Origin: Candidatus Woesebacteria bacterium
GTDB taxonomy: Bacteria > Patescibacteriota > Microgenomatia > UBA8517 > UBA10165
DNA: 48,254 nt
Reading direction: 5' to 3'
Assembly: GCA_002686465.1 (NCBI GenBank)
Contig: NZCP01000012.1
Span: 1-48,254, forward strand
Below the pieces are notes generated by a model that ran no database searches, had not been told where the DNA came from, and saw only the letters and a program-made list of their open reading frames with translations. The stretch's first letter is position 1; the number at the start of each line of letters is the position of its first letter. Both the position numbers and the translations under genes were made by a program. Positions 26,029 to 35,574 of the stretch are shown here, one piece after another.

Positions 26029-27764
26029 GTCCCGTTTGTGTGGTGAGGAGCAATGGGCTCGCCGTCTTTTCCATCAAGCTTTCTAAAGATTCGTATTTTT
26101 CCTCTAGAGATCTTGCGAAGCGCTCTTGAGATAATACTAAGCTCTTCGACACGGAGAAGATATGCAATAAAGACATAGATAACAAAACCTATTGCTGCAA
26201 CGACAGCGGTTAAGAAAATAAGATTTGTCGTATAGCGTGTATCTAGAACAAATTTATCAAACGTTATCGGAAGTCCAATTCCAAGATGGGCAAGGAAACT
26301 TAAGTTTTTATCCCATACTGAACGGTCCAATATTTTAAGAAGGAAAAACATCACGGATCCGGCGACCCCGCCTGCTACCAAAATCTTTGTAAATGCTTTG
26401 CCCAATCCAAGCCCTGGGAAACCACCAACCTTTTTTGAAAGAAGGGTAAAGATAATTATAATTTGCACAATTCCTGCGATCGCATAAGCCAAAGCTAGTC
26501 CCCAAATCGGGAGTTTGAGGACCATTATTAAAAGTAGCGCCAACCCAACATTAAGAAAGATGGTAAGAATTGAAATCTTAACAGGTGTTTTTGTGTCATG
26601 TAGAGAATAAAACGCACGACTTACAAGAAGTGCAACAGAATATGCAAAAATTCCTACGGCGAAGGCCGACAGCACATACCCTGTTTGGACCGTATCCTCC
26701 CAGCCAAATTGTTCACCTCCAAATGCAAGTCTAACCGCTGGAATTCGCAACACCGCAAGAAAGATACTCGCAGGAACAACCAGAAATAGTATTTCTTTAA
26801 AAGACGAGGCAAAGGTAAACTTAAAACTTTGCATGTCTTGTTTTGCTGCCTGTTTGGAAAGCTGTGGAAAAGAAGCCTTTGCGATAGATAGTCCAAAAAG
26901 TCCGATTGGAAGAGCGGCAAGTGCATTACCAAACTTAAAGTAAGTTAATCCTCCCACAACAAGCGACGCCAAAAAAAGATCGGTAAAATTTTTGAGCTGG
27001 AAAAACGAAAGTTCAAAAATGCGAGGAAGTGCGAGTTTTCCAATAGCCCGAACACCTGGGTTTGAAATATCCAAAGACCAGATAGGTCTGAACCCAAGTT
27101 TTAGTGCAAGAGGTAGTTGCACTAAAAGATGTAGGGCACTCCCTGCAACCGCTCCCCAAATTGGTGCATAAAGACCGAGAGTCGGTGCAAAAAGAATCGT
27201 TGAGATGATTATGGAAAGGTTATAAAAAAGCGGCGCTGAAGCCGGAGCTAAAAATCTCTGATTGGATTCAAGAGTCCCGGTAAGCAAATAGCTTGCAACG
27301 AAAAATAGTTGTCCAAAGATTAAAATCCTTGCAAAGGCAACAGTTTGTTCAATTTTTTCAGGACTAAATCCTTGGGCAACTAGAGTATAGATAGGATTTG
27401 CAAAACTAAAAATCAAAACTGCAAGAACTAAAAAGAACAAAAACAAAAGATTAAGTGTTATACCTGCTACTCGCCAAGCTTCCTTTTCTTTACCACGCCC
27501 CAAAAGCGAGCTAAAAACAGGAATGAAAGCAGAAGACATTGCCCCGAGGACTAAAATTTCAAAGATAAGATCCGGGAGTTGAAAAGCGGCAAAAAAGGTA
27601 TCCAACTCCTCTGGTGGAAAAAAATGAACAAAGGTACGATTACGCAGGAGCCCCAAGAGACGAGAGACAGCAATCATAACCATAATCACTGTTGCGGCCG
27701 ATAAAATATTGGCTTGTTTGCCGTAGAGAAGACTTGATCCGTTCTTGAAAAATCTGCCTACCAT
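26025..27764 (-). CDS. murJ: Lipid II flippase MurJ (MviN)
   Basis: SRLLGLLR, DTFFAAFQLPD, GAMSSAFIPVF, RAFYSLHDTKTP; multi-TM. Start at MVGRFF with GAGGT upstream. Confidence 0.95.
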   Translation of the reverse strand: MVGRFFKNGSSLLYGKQANILSAATVIMVMIAVSRLLGLLRNRTFVHFFPPEELDTFFAAFQLPDLIFEILVLGAMSSAFIPVFSSLLGRGKEKEAWRVAGITLNLLFLFFLVLAVLIFSFANPIYTLVAQGFSPEKIEQTVAFARILIFGQLFFVASYLLTGTLESNQRFLAPASAPLFYNLSIIISTILFAPTLGLYAPIWGAVAGSALHLLVQLPLALKLGFRPIWSLDISNPGVRAIGKLALPRIFELSFFQLKNFTDLFLASLVVGGLTYFKFGNALAALPIGLFGLSIAKASFPQLSKQAAKQDMQSFKFTFASSFKEILFLVVPASIFLAVLRIPAVRLAFGGEQFGWEDTVQTGYVLSAFAVGIFAYSVALLVSRAFYSLHDTKTPVKISILTIFLNVGLALLLIMVLKLPIWGLALAYAIAGIVQIIIIFTLLSKKVGGFPGLGLGKAFTKILVAGGVAGSVMFFLLKILDRSVWDKNLSFLAHLGIGLPITFDKFVLDTRYTTNLIFLTAVVAAIGFVIYVFIAYLLRVEELSIISRALRKISRGKIRIFRKLDGKDGEPIAPHHTNGT

Positions 27765-27785
27765 TTGCGCTACCTCTGGGTTATT

Positions 27786-27793
27786 AGTATAAT
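27786..27793. promoter_or_regulatory. Overlapping divergent -10 boxes for murJ and rpsT
   Basis: TATAAT (+, 27788-27793) and TATACT (-, 27791-27786). Confidence 0.6.
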
Positions 27794-27822
27794 TGCGCAC
27801 AATACTCATAACAAGAGGTAAG

Positions 27823-28125
27823 ATGCCGATACTTAAATCAGCAAAAAAAGCACTCAAGCAGGATATTAGAAATCATGCTGCAAATGAGATAGTAAGAAAG
27901 GCTCTTCGTGGAGCTGTAAAAACAGTGCAAGAAAAGCCAACCCCGGGAACTCTCAAAAAGGCTTATTCTGCCATCGACCGAGCAGTAAAACAAAATCTTA
28001 TGCATAAAAACAGGGCTGCACGAATGAAGTCGCAACTGAGCAAACTGTCCTCAAAACCTCACCTCAAGACAAAGTCTCGATCCAAGGCGAAGCCTCGCTT
28101 GAAGCGTCAAAAGCCCACCTCTTAA
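27823..28125 (+). CDS. rpsT: 30S ribosomal protein S20 with basic C-terminal extension
   Basis: MPILKSAKKALKQD...AYSAIDRAVKQNLMHKNRAARMKSQL; GAGGT SD upstream. Confidence 0.96.
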   Translation: MPILKSAKKALKQDIRNHAANEIVRKALRGAVKTVQEKPTPGTLKKAYSAIDRAVKQNLMHKNRAARMKSQLSKLSSKPHLKTKSRSKAKPRLKRQKPTS

Positions 28126-28161
28126 ACCCCCTAAAGCACCATGTTTTTCAGCTCTTTCATA

Positions 28162-28252
28162 TGCTATTATGTTTGCAGGCTGTCACGAGACTGGTTTGTT
28201 GGTTTTGTTCCAAAGCGGAGCTTCACCTCAAGGAGTTTTGTGACAAGACCTG
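28162..28252 (+). promoter_or_regulatory. Extended -10 box and structured 5' leader of the pilN operon
   Basis: TGnTATTAT 28162-28170. CAGG/CCTG and the 12-bp stem TGTCACGAGACT/AGTTTTGTGACA enclose two small hairpins. Confidence 0.6.
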
Positions 28253-28840
28253 ATGCCTATGGCTGCCCCGAAAAAGAAAAATATCAACTTGCTAGTCCAA
28301 GAGGGATTTGAGCATACACCCCTTGGCAAAGCCCTAAACTGGCTCCTCTCGGCTGGAAGGGTCATTGTTGTATTAACTCAGCTTGTTGTAATTGCAGCCT
28401 TTTTGTCGAGGTTCTGGCTTGATAGGCAATTAACTGACCTAAACGAAGAAAATACTCTCCGCAAGGTCCAAATAGAAGCTCTTGGGTCTTTTGAATCGAA
28501 CTTTCGGCAAACCCAAAAAAGACTTGCTGTTTACAAAGAGCTCGATACAGTAAAAACTGACGCAGGAGGAATAGTCAAAGAGGTAGCCTCTCTCTTGCCA
28601 GCCGGGGTTTCCTTATCCAGCATCTCCGTCTCTGACGAAAAATTAATCCTAGATGGAATTGCATTGTCCGAACAGGGTCTTGCCGGCTTCATAAAAGCAC
28701 TGGAGGGCACAGCACAATTCCAGAGCCCCACATTAACCGAAGTCTCCTTGGAAACCACAGGTCAACAAGTGATTAAGTTTTCGATTCGAGCGGTTTTAAC
28801 CGGCAACGAAGAAAGGAACCAAGATGGCAACAAGAGTTAA
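28253..28840 (+). CDS. pilN: Type IV pilus assembly protein PilN-like
   Basis: NINLL motif, TM, coiled coil, LPAGVSLSSI...LDGIA...FIKALE...F domain. Confidence 0.85.
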   Translation: MPMAAPKKKNINLLVQEGFEHTPLGKALNWLLSAGRVIVVLTQLVVIAAFLSRFWLDRQLTDLNEENTLRKVQIEALGSFESNFRQTQKRLAVYKELDTVKTDAGGIVKEVASLLPAGVSLSSISVSDEKLILDGIALSEQGLAGFIKALEGTAQFQSPTLTEVSLETTGQQVIKFSIRAVLTGNEERNQDGNKS

Positions 28841-29486
28841 CCCTCAACGACACCACGCTAGATATAGCCGATATTTTAGACGGCTGGTAGACAAGTATGA
28901 ACGGAGTCCTCAAGTAAGAACTAGTATTAGCTTACTACTTACCCTTTTTGCGATATCGTTCTTTACTATTTTTGCCCTTCGTCCAACAATAATTACAATC
29001 CTTGATCTTTTCGCAAACATCCGCTCCCAAGAAGAAACTTTAGAAAAACTTGACCAAAAAGTTGCAAATTTGAACAAAGCCCAAGAGGTGTGGAGACAAG
29101 AGGAAAAAAGAAGGTTGCTACTCGGCCAAGCTCTACCAACTGAAGCAGAACCAGACCATTACTTAAGACAGATTGAGGGACTAACAGCAAGACATGGAAT
29201 TGCGCTACATTTTTTTAGGATGGATAAGATTTTATTGTTAGGCGAAGAAGAAAAACAAACCACCAAAAAAAGTACTGGCTCTACGACTAATACCAAAAGC
29301 TTTAAGGTAGTGTTTTCTGTTTCTGGAGATTATTCTTCTTTGATTTCTCTCCTTGAAGAACTTGAAGAGTTGCGTAGAATCATAAAGATAGAGTCTCTTT
29401 CGTTTGGAGCTGGAAACGAAGGCCAGGGAGAATTATTGTTGCTAACAATCGCAGGTGAAGTGTCGTACTATGAAAGTGACAAATAA
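28824..29486 (+). CDS. pilO: Type IV pilus assembly protein PilO-like
   Basis: TM (FFTIFALRP), coiled coil, ALP, GDYSSLISLLEELEELRRIIKIESL. Confidence 0.85.
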   Translation: MATRVNPQRHHARYSRYFRRLVDKYERSPQVRTSISLLLTLFAISFFTIFALRPTIITILDLFANIRSQEETLEKLDQKVANLNKAQEVWRQEEKRRLLLGQALPTEAEPDHYLRQIEGLTARHGIALHFFRMDKILLLGEEEKQTTKKSTGSTTNTKSFKVVFSVSGDYSSLISLLEELEELRRIIKIESLSFGAGNEGQGELLLLTIAGEVSYYESDK

Positions 29487-29498
29487 TAGGCTCTAGCC

Positions 29499-29831
29499 AT
29501 GCCAAGGAAGAAAAGATCTAATATTACTGTCTTTGCAGTACTCGCCACAGTTACCATTCTGGCGTGGATCGCCTCTGATGTTTATAGAAGATTGACGGCA
29601 GCTGACCCACAAGTAATTCCTGTCGCTGTTATTTCTCCTCTAACACCTACCTTGGACGCAGAAACTCTCAGCACAATAGAGAGGAAGGACTTTTTGACTG
29701 AGCAGGAAATTTCTCTCTTCGTACCAACGGGAAAAAGTGCACCGAAGGCGACACCTTCGCCAGCTGGCGAACCAGAGGCAACACCCTCCTCATCAGAAGA
29801 GAGCGAGTCTGAATCTCTGGGCGAGCAGTAA
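29499..29831 (+). CDS. Small membrane-anchored protein at the pilP position
   Basis: TM, PLTPTLD, Pro/Ser/Glu tail; follows pilO. Confidence 0.6.
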   Translation: MPRKKRSNITVFAVLATVTILAWIASDVYRRLTAADPQVIPVAVISPLTPTLDAETLSTIERKDFLTEQEISLFVPTGKSAPKATPSPAGEPEATPSSSEESESESLGEQ

Positions 29832-29840
29832 ACAAATATC

Positions 29841-31217
29841 ATGATTAAACAACATAAACTACCAACAATACTCGGAATCCTGCTTCTTATTGTGGGTGTT
29901 GCTGCCGGAGTATTTTTGGTACAGCGAGAGCAACTCTTTAAAACCTCGGCATCTCCTGAAGAAACCCCACAGCAAGTGCGGATTACCAACATCTCCGACA
30001 ACAGTTTTACAGTTTCTTGGGTAACAGACAAGGCAACTGCTGGATTTATCTCATACGGAAAGTCGCAGGTAAAAGAATTGGTTGCACAACAAGCATCCTC
30101 GCTTGCAAGTTCCTCTTTTGTTCATCACGTCACGGCAGGCAATCTCGACCCGGAGACAGCCTATCTTTTTGAGATCGGTTCAGGAACTAATACTTTCGAT
30201 AGCAATGGTCAACCATATAAAATTCAAACTGCTCCCGTTGGCGCCATTCCGCCCCTTCCCGACGTAGTGTTTGGAAAAGTTAACAATTCTTCCGGAACAC
30301 CAGCTCGGGGGGCAATTGTTTATATAACTGTACCAGGAGTAACACCACTCTCGGTACTAACAGACAGCAAAGGTGGATGGACCGTACCTTTATCAAACGC
30401 GCGGAGCAGTAACCTCACCGGTTACGCTTCATACGACAGCAAAAAAACACCGATAGAAATCCTTGTTCAGGCTGGAGGAGGACAACTTGCAACCGCTAAG
30501 GTTTTAACAAAAGCCGCCCACCCAGTTCCTGAGATAACACTTTCCGAAAACCATGACTTCACAGATGTTGAACCCTTAGATGGAGACCAACTTCCTACCT
30601 CCACATTTGATTTGCCAGAAGATACTCTTGATTCATCATCCTCTTCTTCAAGGTTCTCAGTAGAAGATGATGTCACAGAAACCACAGAGTCCACGTCACA
30701 AGTCAAACTGACAACACCGTCTGAAAGTGAATCAATAAATACAAATAAACCCCAGTTTTCTGGGACCGGAACTCCAGGGACACCCTTCACAATTACTGTT
30801 GAATCACCAACGACTTACTCTGATGAGGTAGTAGTCGGAACAAGTGGGAGTTGGAAATGGACACCTCCTGAAATACTTGAACCGGGAGACCATACAATAA
30901 CAATCGCGTGGAAAAACGAATCCGGGCAAACAGTAGAAACCAAAAGAGCTTTTACAGTTCTTGCAGCAGGAGAAAGTGACTTGCCATCTTTTTCGGCTAG
31001 CCCTTCGGCTACCGAGGCAACACCTTCGCCAACACCTAGTCCGAAAGCTACACCAAGCCCAACACCATCCCCTTCCCCATCTCCACGAATCAGCATTCCT
31101 TCCACAGAATCTGGCGTACCTGTATCAGGAAACTTGACACCAATGTTAGGAAGCATAATAATGGGTCTAGTACTAATTCTGGTTGGAATATTTTTGCCAA
31201 GAACAAAGGTATTCTAG
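29841..31217 (+). CDS. Surface protein: FN3-like, carboxypeptidase-regulatory-like and Ig-like domains, TP/SP linker, VPVSG + TM
   Basis: VRITNISDNSFTVSWVT, HHVTAGNLDPETAY, PQFSGTG...WKWTPP...GDHTITI; sortase-like C-terminal signal. Confidence 0.8.
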   Translation: MIKQHKLPTILGILLLIVGVAAGVFLVQREQLFKTSASPEETPQQVRITNISDNSFTVSWVTDKATAGFISYGKSQVKELVAQQASSLASSSFVHHVTAGNLDPETAYLFEIGSGTNTFDSNGQPYKIQTAPVGAIPPLPDVVFGKVNNSSGTPARGAIVYITVPGVTPLSVLTDSKGGWTVPLSNARSSNLTGYASYDSKKTPIEILVQAGGGQLATAKVLTKAAHPVPEITLSENHDFTDVEPLDGDQLPTSTFDLPEDTLDSSSSSSRFSVEDDVTETTESTSQVKLTTPSESESINTNKPQFSGTGTPGTPFTITVESPTTYSDEVVVGTSGSWKWTPPEILEPGDHTITIAWKNESGQTVETKRAFTVLAAGESDLPSFSASPSATEATPSPTPSPKATPSPTPSPSPSPRISIPSTESGVPVSGNLTPMLGSIIMGLVLILVGIFLPRTKVF

Positions 31218-31239
31218 TCGTGTATAAAAGCCTGCCTAA

Positions 31240-33126
31240 ATGGATGATAATAAAAACCCTGGGTTAAATCCAGTAGCCCCTCAGCAAGATCCGCCGCAAG
31301 GAAATCCGGACCAGCCAAGTGTTGACCAACCGTCAAGTCCGACTCCTCCTCCCTCAGTTGGTATCGATGTTCCTCCGCCACCTCCTCCTGCAGAATCAGG
31401 CGGCCAACCTCCGTCTCCAGCATCGCCTCCTCCCTCACCACCTAGTTCTGACTCGCCACCCCCGGAGTCTGCACCAAATGTTGACCCAGCAAGTGTTCCC
31501 TCGGATGCACCTGGAGATAGTCCTCCAAACGATTCGGGAGACTCCGGAAATTCCGGGCTACCGCCAGTCATTCCATCTCAGCCTAAAAAGCCAAAGGGTA
31601 AAATCATAGCCGCGATCGCTGCTCTTGTGTTACTTGTCGTCTCAATCCCAGCAGGGATCTTCTTAGTCCAGCAAAGCCAAGAACTGCGCGAAAAAGCAGC
31701 AGGACCAGACTGGCAATGTACTACCACCGGTGATAAGTACGCCACTGAAACAGATTGTAGGACAGTCTGTCCTTCTGCTGGAGCCTGTTTATTTATTGGA
31801 GATACACAACCCCCTGGGTCCTCTAATTGTGAATGCATGAACGGTGCATGGCGCACGCCGCTTGGCGCGAGTCTTGTTTGTGAAAGAGATGGACAGGCGT
31901 GTTCCACAGGGACAACCCCACCAGATGGACAAGTAGATGAATGTCCAACCCCAGGGGCATCTTGCGGAACATGTGACGCAATCGACAGCTGTAGTGATGG
32001 TTCCGCTTGCTCATCGGGTCATAGATATTGTGAGTCGCAGGCAACTGGTAATGTATGTGGTTCTTGTGTTAAAGAAGTAGATAATTGCTCTACGCAATGT
32101 TCGACAGGTGGCACCCCACCTGATGGTATTTCTTCGGAATCAGACGGACAAGGAGGGTGTTGTGATGCTGGCGCTGCTGCGAACAGCAGCCAAGGCTGTC
32201 GCACTACAGGAGGATTCAACGAGGTCTGTGATATCTCAAATGGTGCTTGTCAAAGCGGTCTTTCTTGCCGAAGTCTATCTGGATGTGGACAAGACAGTGA
32301 CTGTGGACCAGGAAACAAGTGTATCAATCAACAATGTCAGGGAACTGGTGGGCCAGCTCCCACTTCAACACCACCTACCCGAAGTGTATCCCCAACGGCT
32401 ACGATTTCTGGGCCGTCAGGAGGGTTTGTTGGAAACGATCTCATCTATACCGCCATTGCCAGAGGACAAAATCTACAATGGAGCAGAATATATTGGGCTA
32501 AAACAACAGATGACATAACAGATGGAAGTGTGTGGACAGAAATTGCAGAAAACCACGTAAACAGAACAGACGGTAAAGTCTGCGAAAGCAAAACACAGTG
32601 TACAACAACAGGTATATTTAAACCCACTGCGAATGGCAGTTATTACCTGGCTGCTAGCGCGTCTGATGCCGACGGGGGTCCTTGCAGTGGAAACCCAAGA
32701 TACGATTCTGCTCCTGGTTGGGCAGATTGTGGTGGGACCAATGACGTCATAACAGTCAACGTTGTCTCAGACCTTGCAACCGCCGCAAACTGCACAGAGC
32801 TTCAGGTATTGGATAGCAACGGAGGAGTTGTCCAAGACCTTTCGCAAATTTCTATTGGCGATACCGTAACATTCCAAACATTTTGTTTCTCTACTGACGC
32901 AAGTGATGACCTTGATAAAATAAGATTTCGAGTGATCGGACCTTCGAGATCTGCGTCTGATTCCGACAAGGCGGTCACCAGGGCCCCAGAAAAGGAAGAC
33001 AGTACAGCAGCAGCAATTAGCTATCGTTTCTTTAAAGCCTCCCATGATATGACGATTACTGAATCAGGCGCCTATAAAGTTCAAACGTGGGGACATGCAC
33101 CCAAGAGAGGTTGGATAGGAAAATGA
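31240..33126 (+). CDS. Surface protein: Pro-rich N-tail, TM, Cys-rich repeats, Ig-like domains
   Basis: Pro-rich first ~115 aa, TM + LVQQSQELREKAA, dozens of Cys, repeated STGxTPPDG. Confidence 0.8.
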   Translation: MDDNKNPGLNPVAPQQDPPQGNPDQPSVDQPSSPTPPPSVGIDVPPPPPPAESGGQPPSPASPPPSPPSSDSPPPESAPNVDPASVPSDAPGDSPPNDSGDSGNSGLPPVIPSQPKKPKGKIIAAIAALVLLVVSIPAGIFLVQQSQELREKAAGPDWQCTTTGDKYATETDCRTVCPSAGACLFIGDTQPPGSSNCECMNGAWRTPLGASLVCERDGQACSTGTTPPDGQVDECPTPGASCGTCDAIDSCSDGSACSSGHRYCESQATGNVCGSCVKEVDNCSTQCSTGGTPPDGISSESDGQGGCCDAGAAANSSQGCRTTGGFNEVCDISNGACQSGLSCRSLSGCGQDSDCGPGNKCINQQCQGTGGPAPTSTPPTRSVSPTATISGPSGGFVGNDLIYTAIARGQNLQWSRIYWAKTTDDITDGSVWTEIAENHVNRTDGKVCESKTQCTTTGIFKPTANGSYYLAASASDADGGPCSGNPRYDSAPGWADCGGTNDVITVNVVSDLATAANCTELQVLDSNGGVVQDLSQISIGDTVTFQTFCFSTDASDDLDKIRFRVIGPSRSASDSDKAVTRAPEKEDSTAAAISYRFFKASHDMTITESGAYKVQTWGHAPKRGWIGK

Positions 33127-34322
33127 CAATGAAGAAAAAAATCATAACAGGGATCGTCCTTGTTTCAACTCTAGTTTTGGGAACCATAGCTGTTATCACT
33201 GCACTAAAGCTACGTGAGGTAGAGACGCCAACTGCGCCGAGCTCTAGGCCAGCAGCAGACACGCTACCAACACCCTTGGAGATTGGCTTCACTGTCGACC
33301 CAGACGGATCTCTGTCCGCAGAAGTAAGAGGGCCAACCGAGGCAGAAATTGGACAATCGCGAACCTATACAGCAACAGCCAGCGGATTGGCAATTGAATT
33401 CGTACAAATCTTCTGGGCCGAGTCGGATGACGATTTAGCAGACACAAACTCTTGGACGCTAATGGGAGAAAATACTAGTTGTGGCAGTAGTGCTTGTGCC
33501 ACAACCGGCCAGTTTGAGGCAACAAAAGCAGGGACTTATACTATTGTCGTTAACGCAAAAGATTCGACACCTGGTGCAATATGTAGTGGAAATCCCGCCA
33601 ATATCCCTGGGTGGGCAGCATGCGGATCAGACGACGAAATAACCCTTGTGGTCTCCGAGACAACAGCAGAGTCTTGTGTTAACAACTTTACCCTGACAAA
33701 AACTGCTAGCCCTAAATCTGTTGATCCAGGAGGGGAAGTCACCTATACAATGACTATAGAGAGGACCTCAACCACTCCAAGTTCTGTGACTCTTGCAAGT
33801 ATCCAGGACCTGATGATTGGTTCCTATGTAAAGGGATCAGTTGTGGGAATTGGTGAACCCAAGATCGTATCTGAAAAGCCTGGCGATCCTAACTTTAGTA
33901 CCGACTTAGTTTGGGACGAAGACAGAAGCTTCGATCCAGAAGAAAAGATGACATTCAGCATCAAGGCTCACTTGCCAACAAAAGTCAATATCGGAGGCGA
34001 TAATACCAATAGCTTTTATGTGGTCCAAGCTGACCCTAGGTCTGGATGTTCCGTGCTTGAAGAAGTCAGTATCAATACACCCGATGACGACACGGAAGAA
34101 ACTGAGACAGAAGAGACTGAGACAACCACTTCGGAAACCGAAAAAGAAACAAGCTCAGACTCTTCGTCCGGGGCAAAAGGAGGAACAACACCTACTGCCT
34201 CACCATCCCCTTTACCTGCTGCTCAAGCTGAATTGCCAGAAGCGGGTATTAATATCCCAAGTGTAGTTGGGGCTCTTGGAGGACTACTTCTTCTCTTCCT
34301 AGGATTTGCACTTATCCTCTAA
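33123..34322 (+). CDS. Surface protein: Ig-like and DUF11-like domains, LPEAG + TM sorting signal
   Basis: ATGA overlap with the upstream stop; LTKTASPKSVDPGGEVTYTMTI (DUF11-like); LPEAG then hydrophobic tail. Confidence 0.8.
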   Translation: MTMKKKIITGIVLVSTLVLGTIAVITALKLREVETPTAPSSRPAADTLPTPLEIGFTVDPDGSLSAEVRGPTEAEIGQSRTYTATASGLAIEFVQIFWAESDDDLADTNSWTLMGENTSCGSSACATTGQFEATKAGTYTIVVNAKDSTPGAICSGNPANIPGWAACGSDDEITLVVSETTAESCVNNFTLTKTASPKSVDPGGEVTYTMTIERTSTTPSSVTLASIQDLMIGSYVKGSVVGIGEPKIVSEKPGDPNFSTDLVWDEDRSFDPEEKMTFSIKAHLPTKVNIGGDNTNSFYVVQADPRSGCSVLEEVSINTPDDDTEETETEETETTTSETEKETSSDSSSGAKGGTTPTASPSPLPAAQAELPEAGINIPSVVGALGGLLLLFLGFALIL

Positions 34323-35557
34323 AGTCCATTGATCAACAAAGGGGTCCACCAGTCGGGTACGGGAATGCCTGTCCACACGGGATAGTGGATAATAAACGAC
34401 AAAATTACCAAAACCAAATAACTACTAACGAATATTCTCCCCCTCACTGACCCTTCCTTCCATAGCCTTTCTAATAACCAAGCAAGAAGTAAGATTAAAA
34501 AAGGAATCGCCGGTAGATAATGGTAGAAAAACATTATCCTGGGCGAGGCCACCCAAGGAAGAAACATGATTAAATAACCGGCAAGCAAGAAAAGAGTTAG
34601 TCTGTCCCTTCTCTTGACAAAGTAGGCAAGCCCGGCAAGAAAAGCTGCTAATCCGCCCCAAAGGATAATTGGGTTCCCCATTAGATAAATATTTGAAACC
34701 TTCTCCCCTATATCTTCAGTAAACGCAAAAATCGGTCGCCTGCCCAAAGGCCACTCTAAAGCCTGTGAAGAGTAAGGGTGTGTTGCCTCAAGATTAGTTT
34801 GATACCACCAGGTTTGTTGATGCAGTTCTACAAACTGGTTGACAGTATGTCCTTGCAAGAAAAATTGTGTATAGGAAGCAAAATAAACAAAGATGGGAAT
34901 TACAAAAAAAGACAGAATTCCAAGTACAACCTTTTTAGGTTTTAAGTTGCCTCGAAGTTCCTCCGCAGACCATAGGAGTGTCAATCCTCCTAGCGCAAAA
35001 ATGCCTGACCATTTTGTGGCAATTGCCAATCCCAAAATAATGCCCGTCTGCCAAATCGGTCGCTTTGAAAGGTAAAAGTAAAAAGCAAGAATAACCCAAG
35101 CCGTCAAAAAAATATCATTCATGGTAATGCGAGACATTGTGAGAGAAAGACCACTAAGACCCCAGAGAGATAATGCTACAAGACCAATGAAACGAGATCT
35201 CATGACATTTTTCCCAAAAAGGTAAAGCAAAATACCAATTCCTAAGCCTGCCAAAACTCCAGGAAAGCGCCAGAAAAACGGCGTATCCCCAAATATTTTT
35301 ATTGATCCTGCTTGTATCAACTTCCCAATGGGCGGATGAAGCCACTCATAAGCAAATCCTTCGGGCGCATTATTCCACCACTCATACCCCTTCGGGTCCC
35401 CCTCTGCATAAACCTGGGCAGTAAATGCATGGTAGACCTCATCAAAATAGTATGTGTCTGGGAAACCAAGCCTCAAGAGGCGGGAGACAATTATAAAGGT
35501 AAGTATTACTATTAAAAGTGTTGAGTGCTTTGAAAAAAGGCTCTTTAGAAATTTCAT
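34319..35557 (-). CDS. Protein O-mannosyltransferase-like (PMT/GT39)
   Basis: YFDEVYH, HPPIGK, FFWRFP, SRITMNDIF, ATKWSG, HPYSSQALEWP, MFFYHYLPAIPF. Confidence 0.9.
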   Translation of the reverse strand: MKFLKSLFSKHSTLLIVILTFIIVSRLLRLGFPDTYYFDEVYHAFTAQVYAEGDPKGYEWWNNAPEGFAYEWLHPPIGKLIQAGSIKIFGDTPFFWRFPGVLAGLGIGILLYLFGKNVMRSRFIGLVALSLWGLSGLSLTMSRITMNDIFLTAWVILAFYFYLSKRPIWQTGIILGLAIATKWSGIFALGGLTLLWSAEELRGNLKPKKVVLGILSFFVIPIFVYFASYTQFFLQGHTVNQFVELHQQTWWYQTNLEATHPYSSQALEWPLGRRPIFAFTEDIGEKVSNIYLMGNPIILWGGLAAFLAGLAYFVKRRDRLTLFLLAGYLIMFLPWVASPRIMFFYHYLPAIPFLILLLAWLLERLWKEGSVRGRIFVSSYLVLVILSFIIHYPVWTGIPVPDWWTPLLINGL

Positions 35558-35574
35558 TTTGTTAGAATCAAAGT

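Noticed and set aside
27764..27857. Apparent head-to-head overlap of murJ and rpsT (likewise LCP/pcrA and hrcA/murJ)
   Set aside because: Artefact of longest-ORF start choice; downstream starts with SD or -10 support remove the overlaps.
28176..28252. c-di-GMP riboswitch, SRP RNA or tRNA
   Set aside because: Lacks the GEMM GNRA/receptor pattern, the SRP GGAA-loop motif and tRNA T/D-loop consensus.
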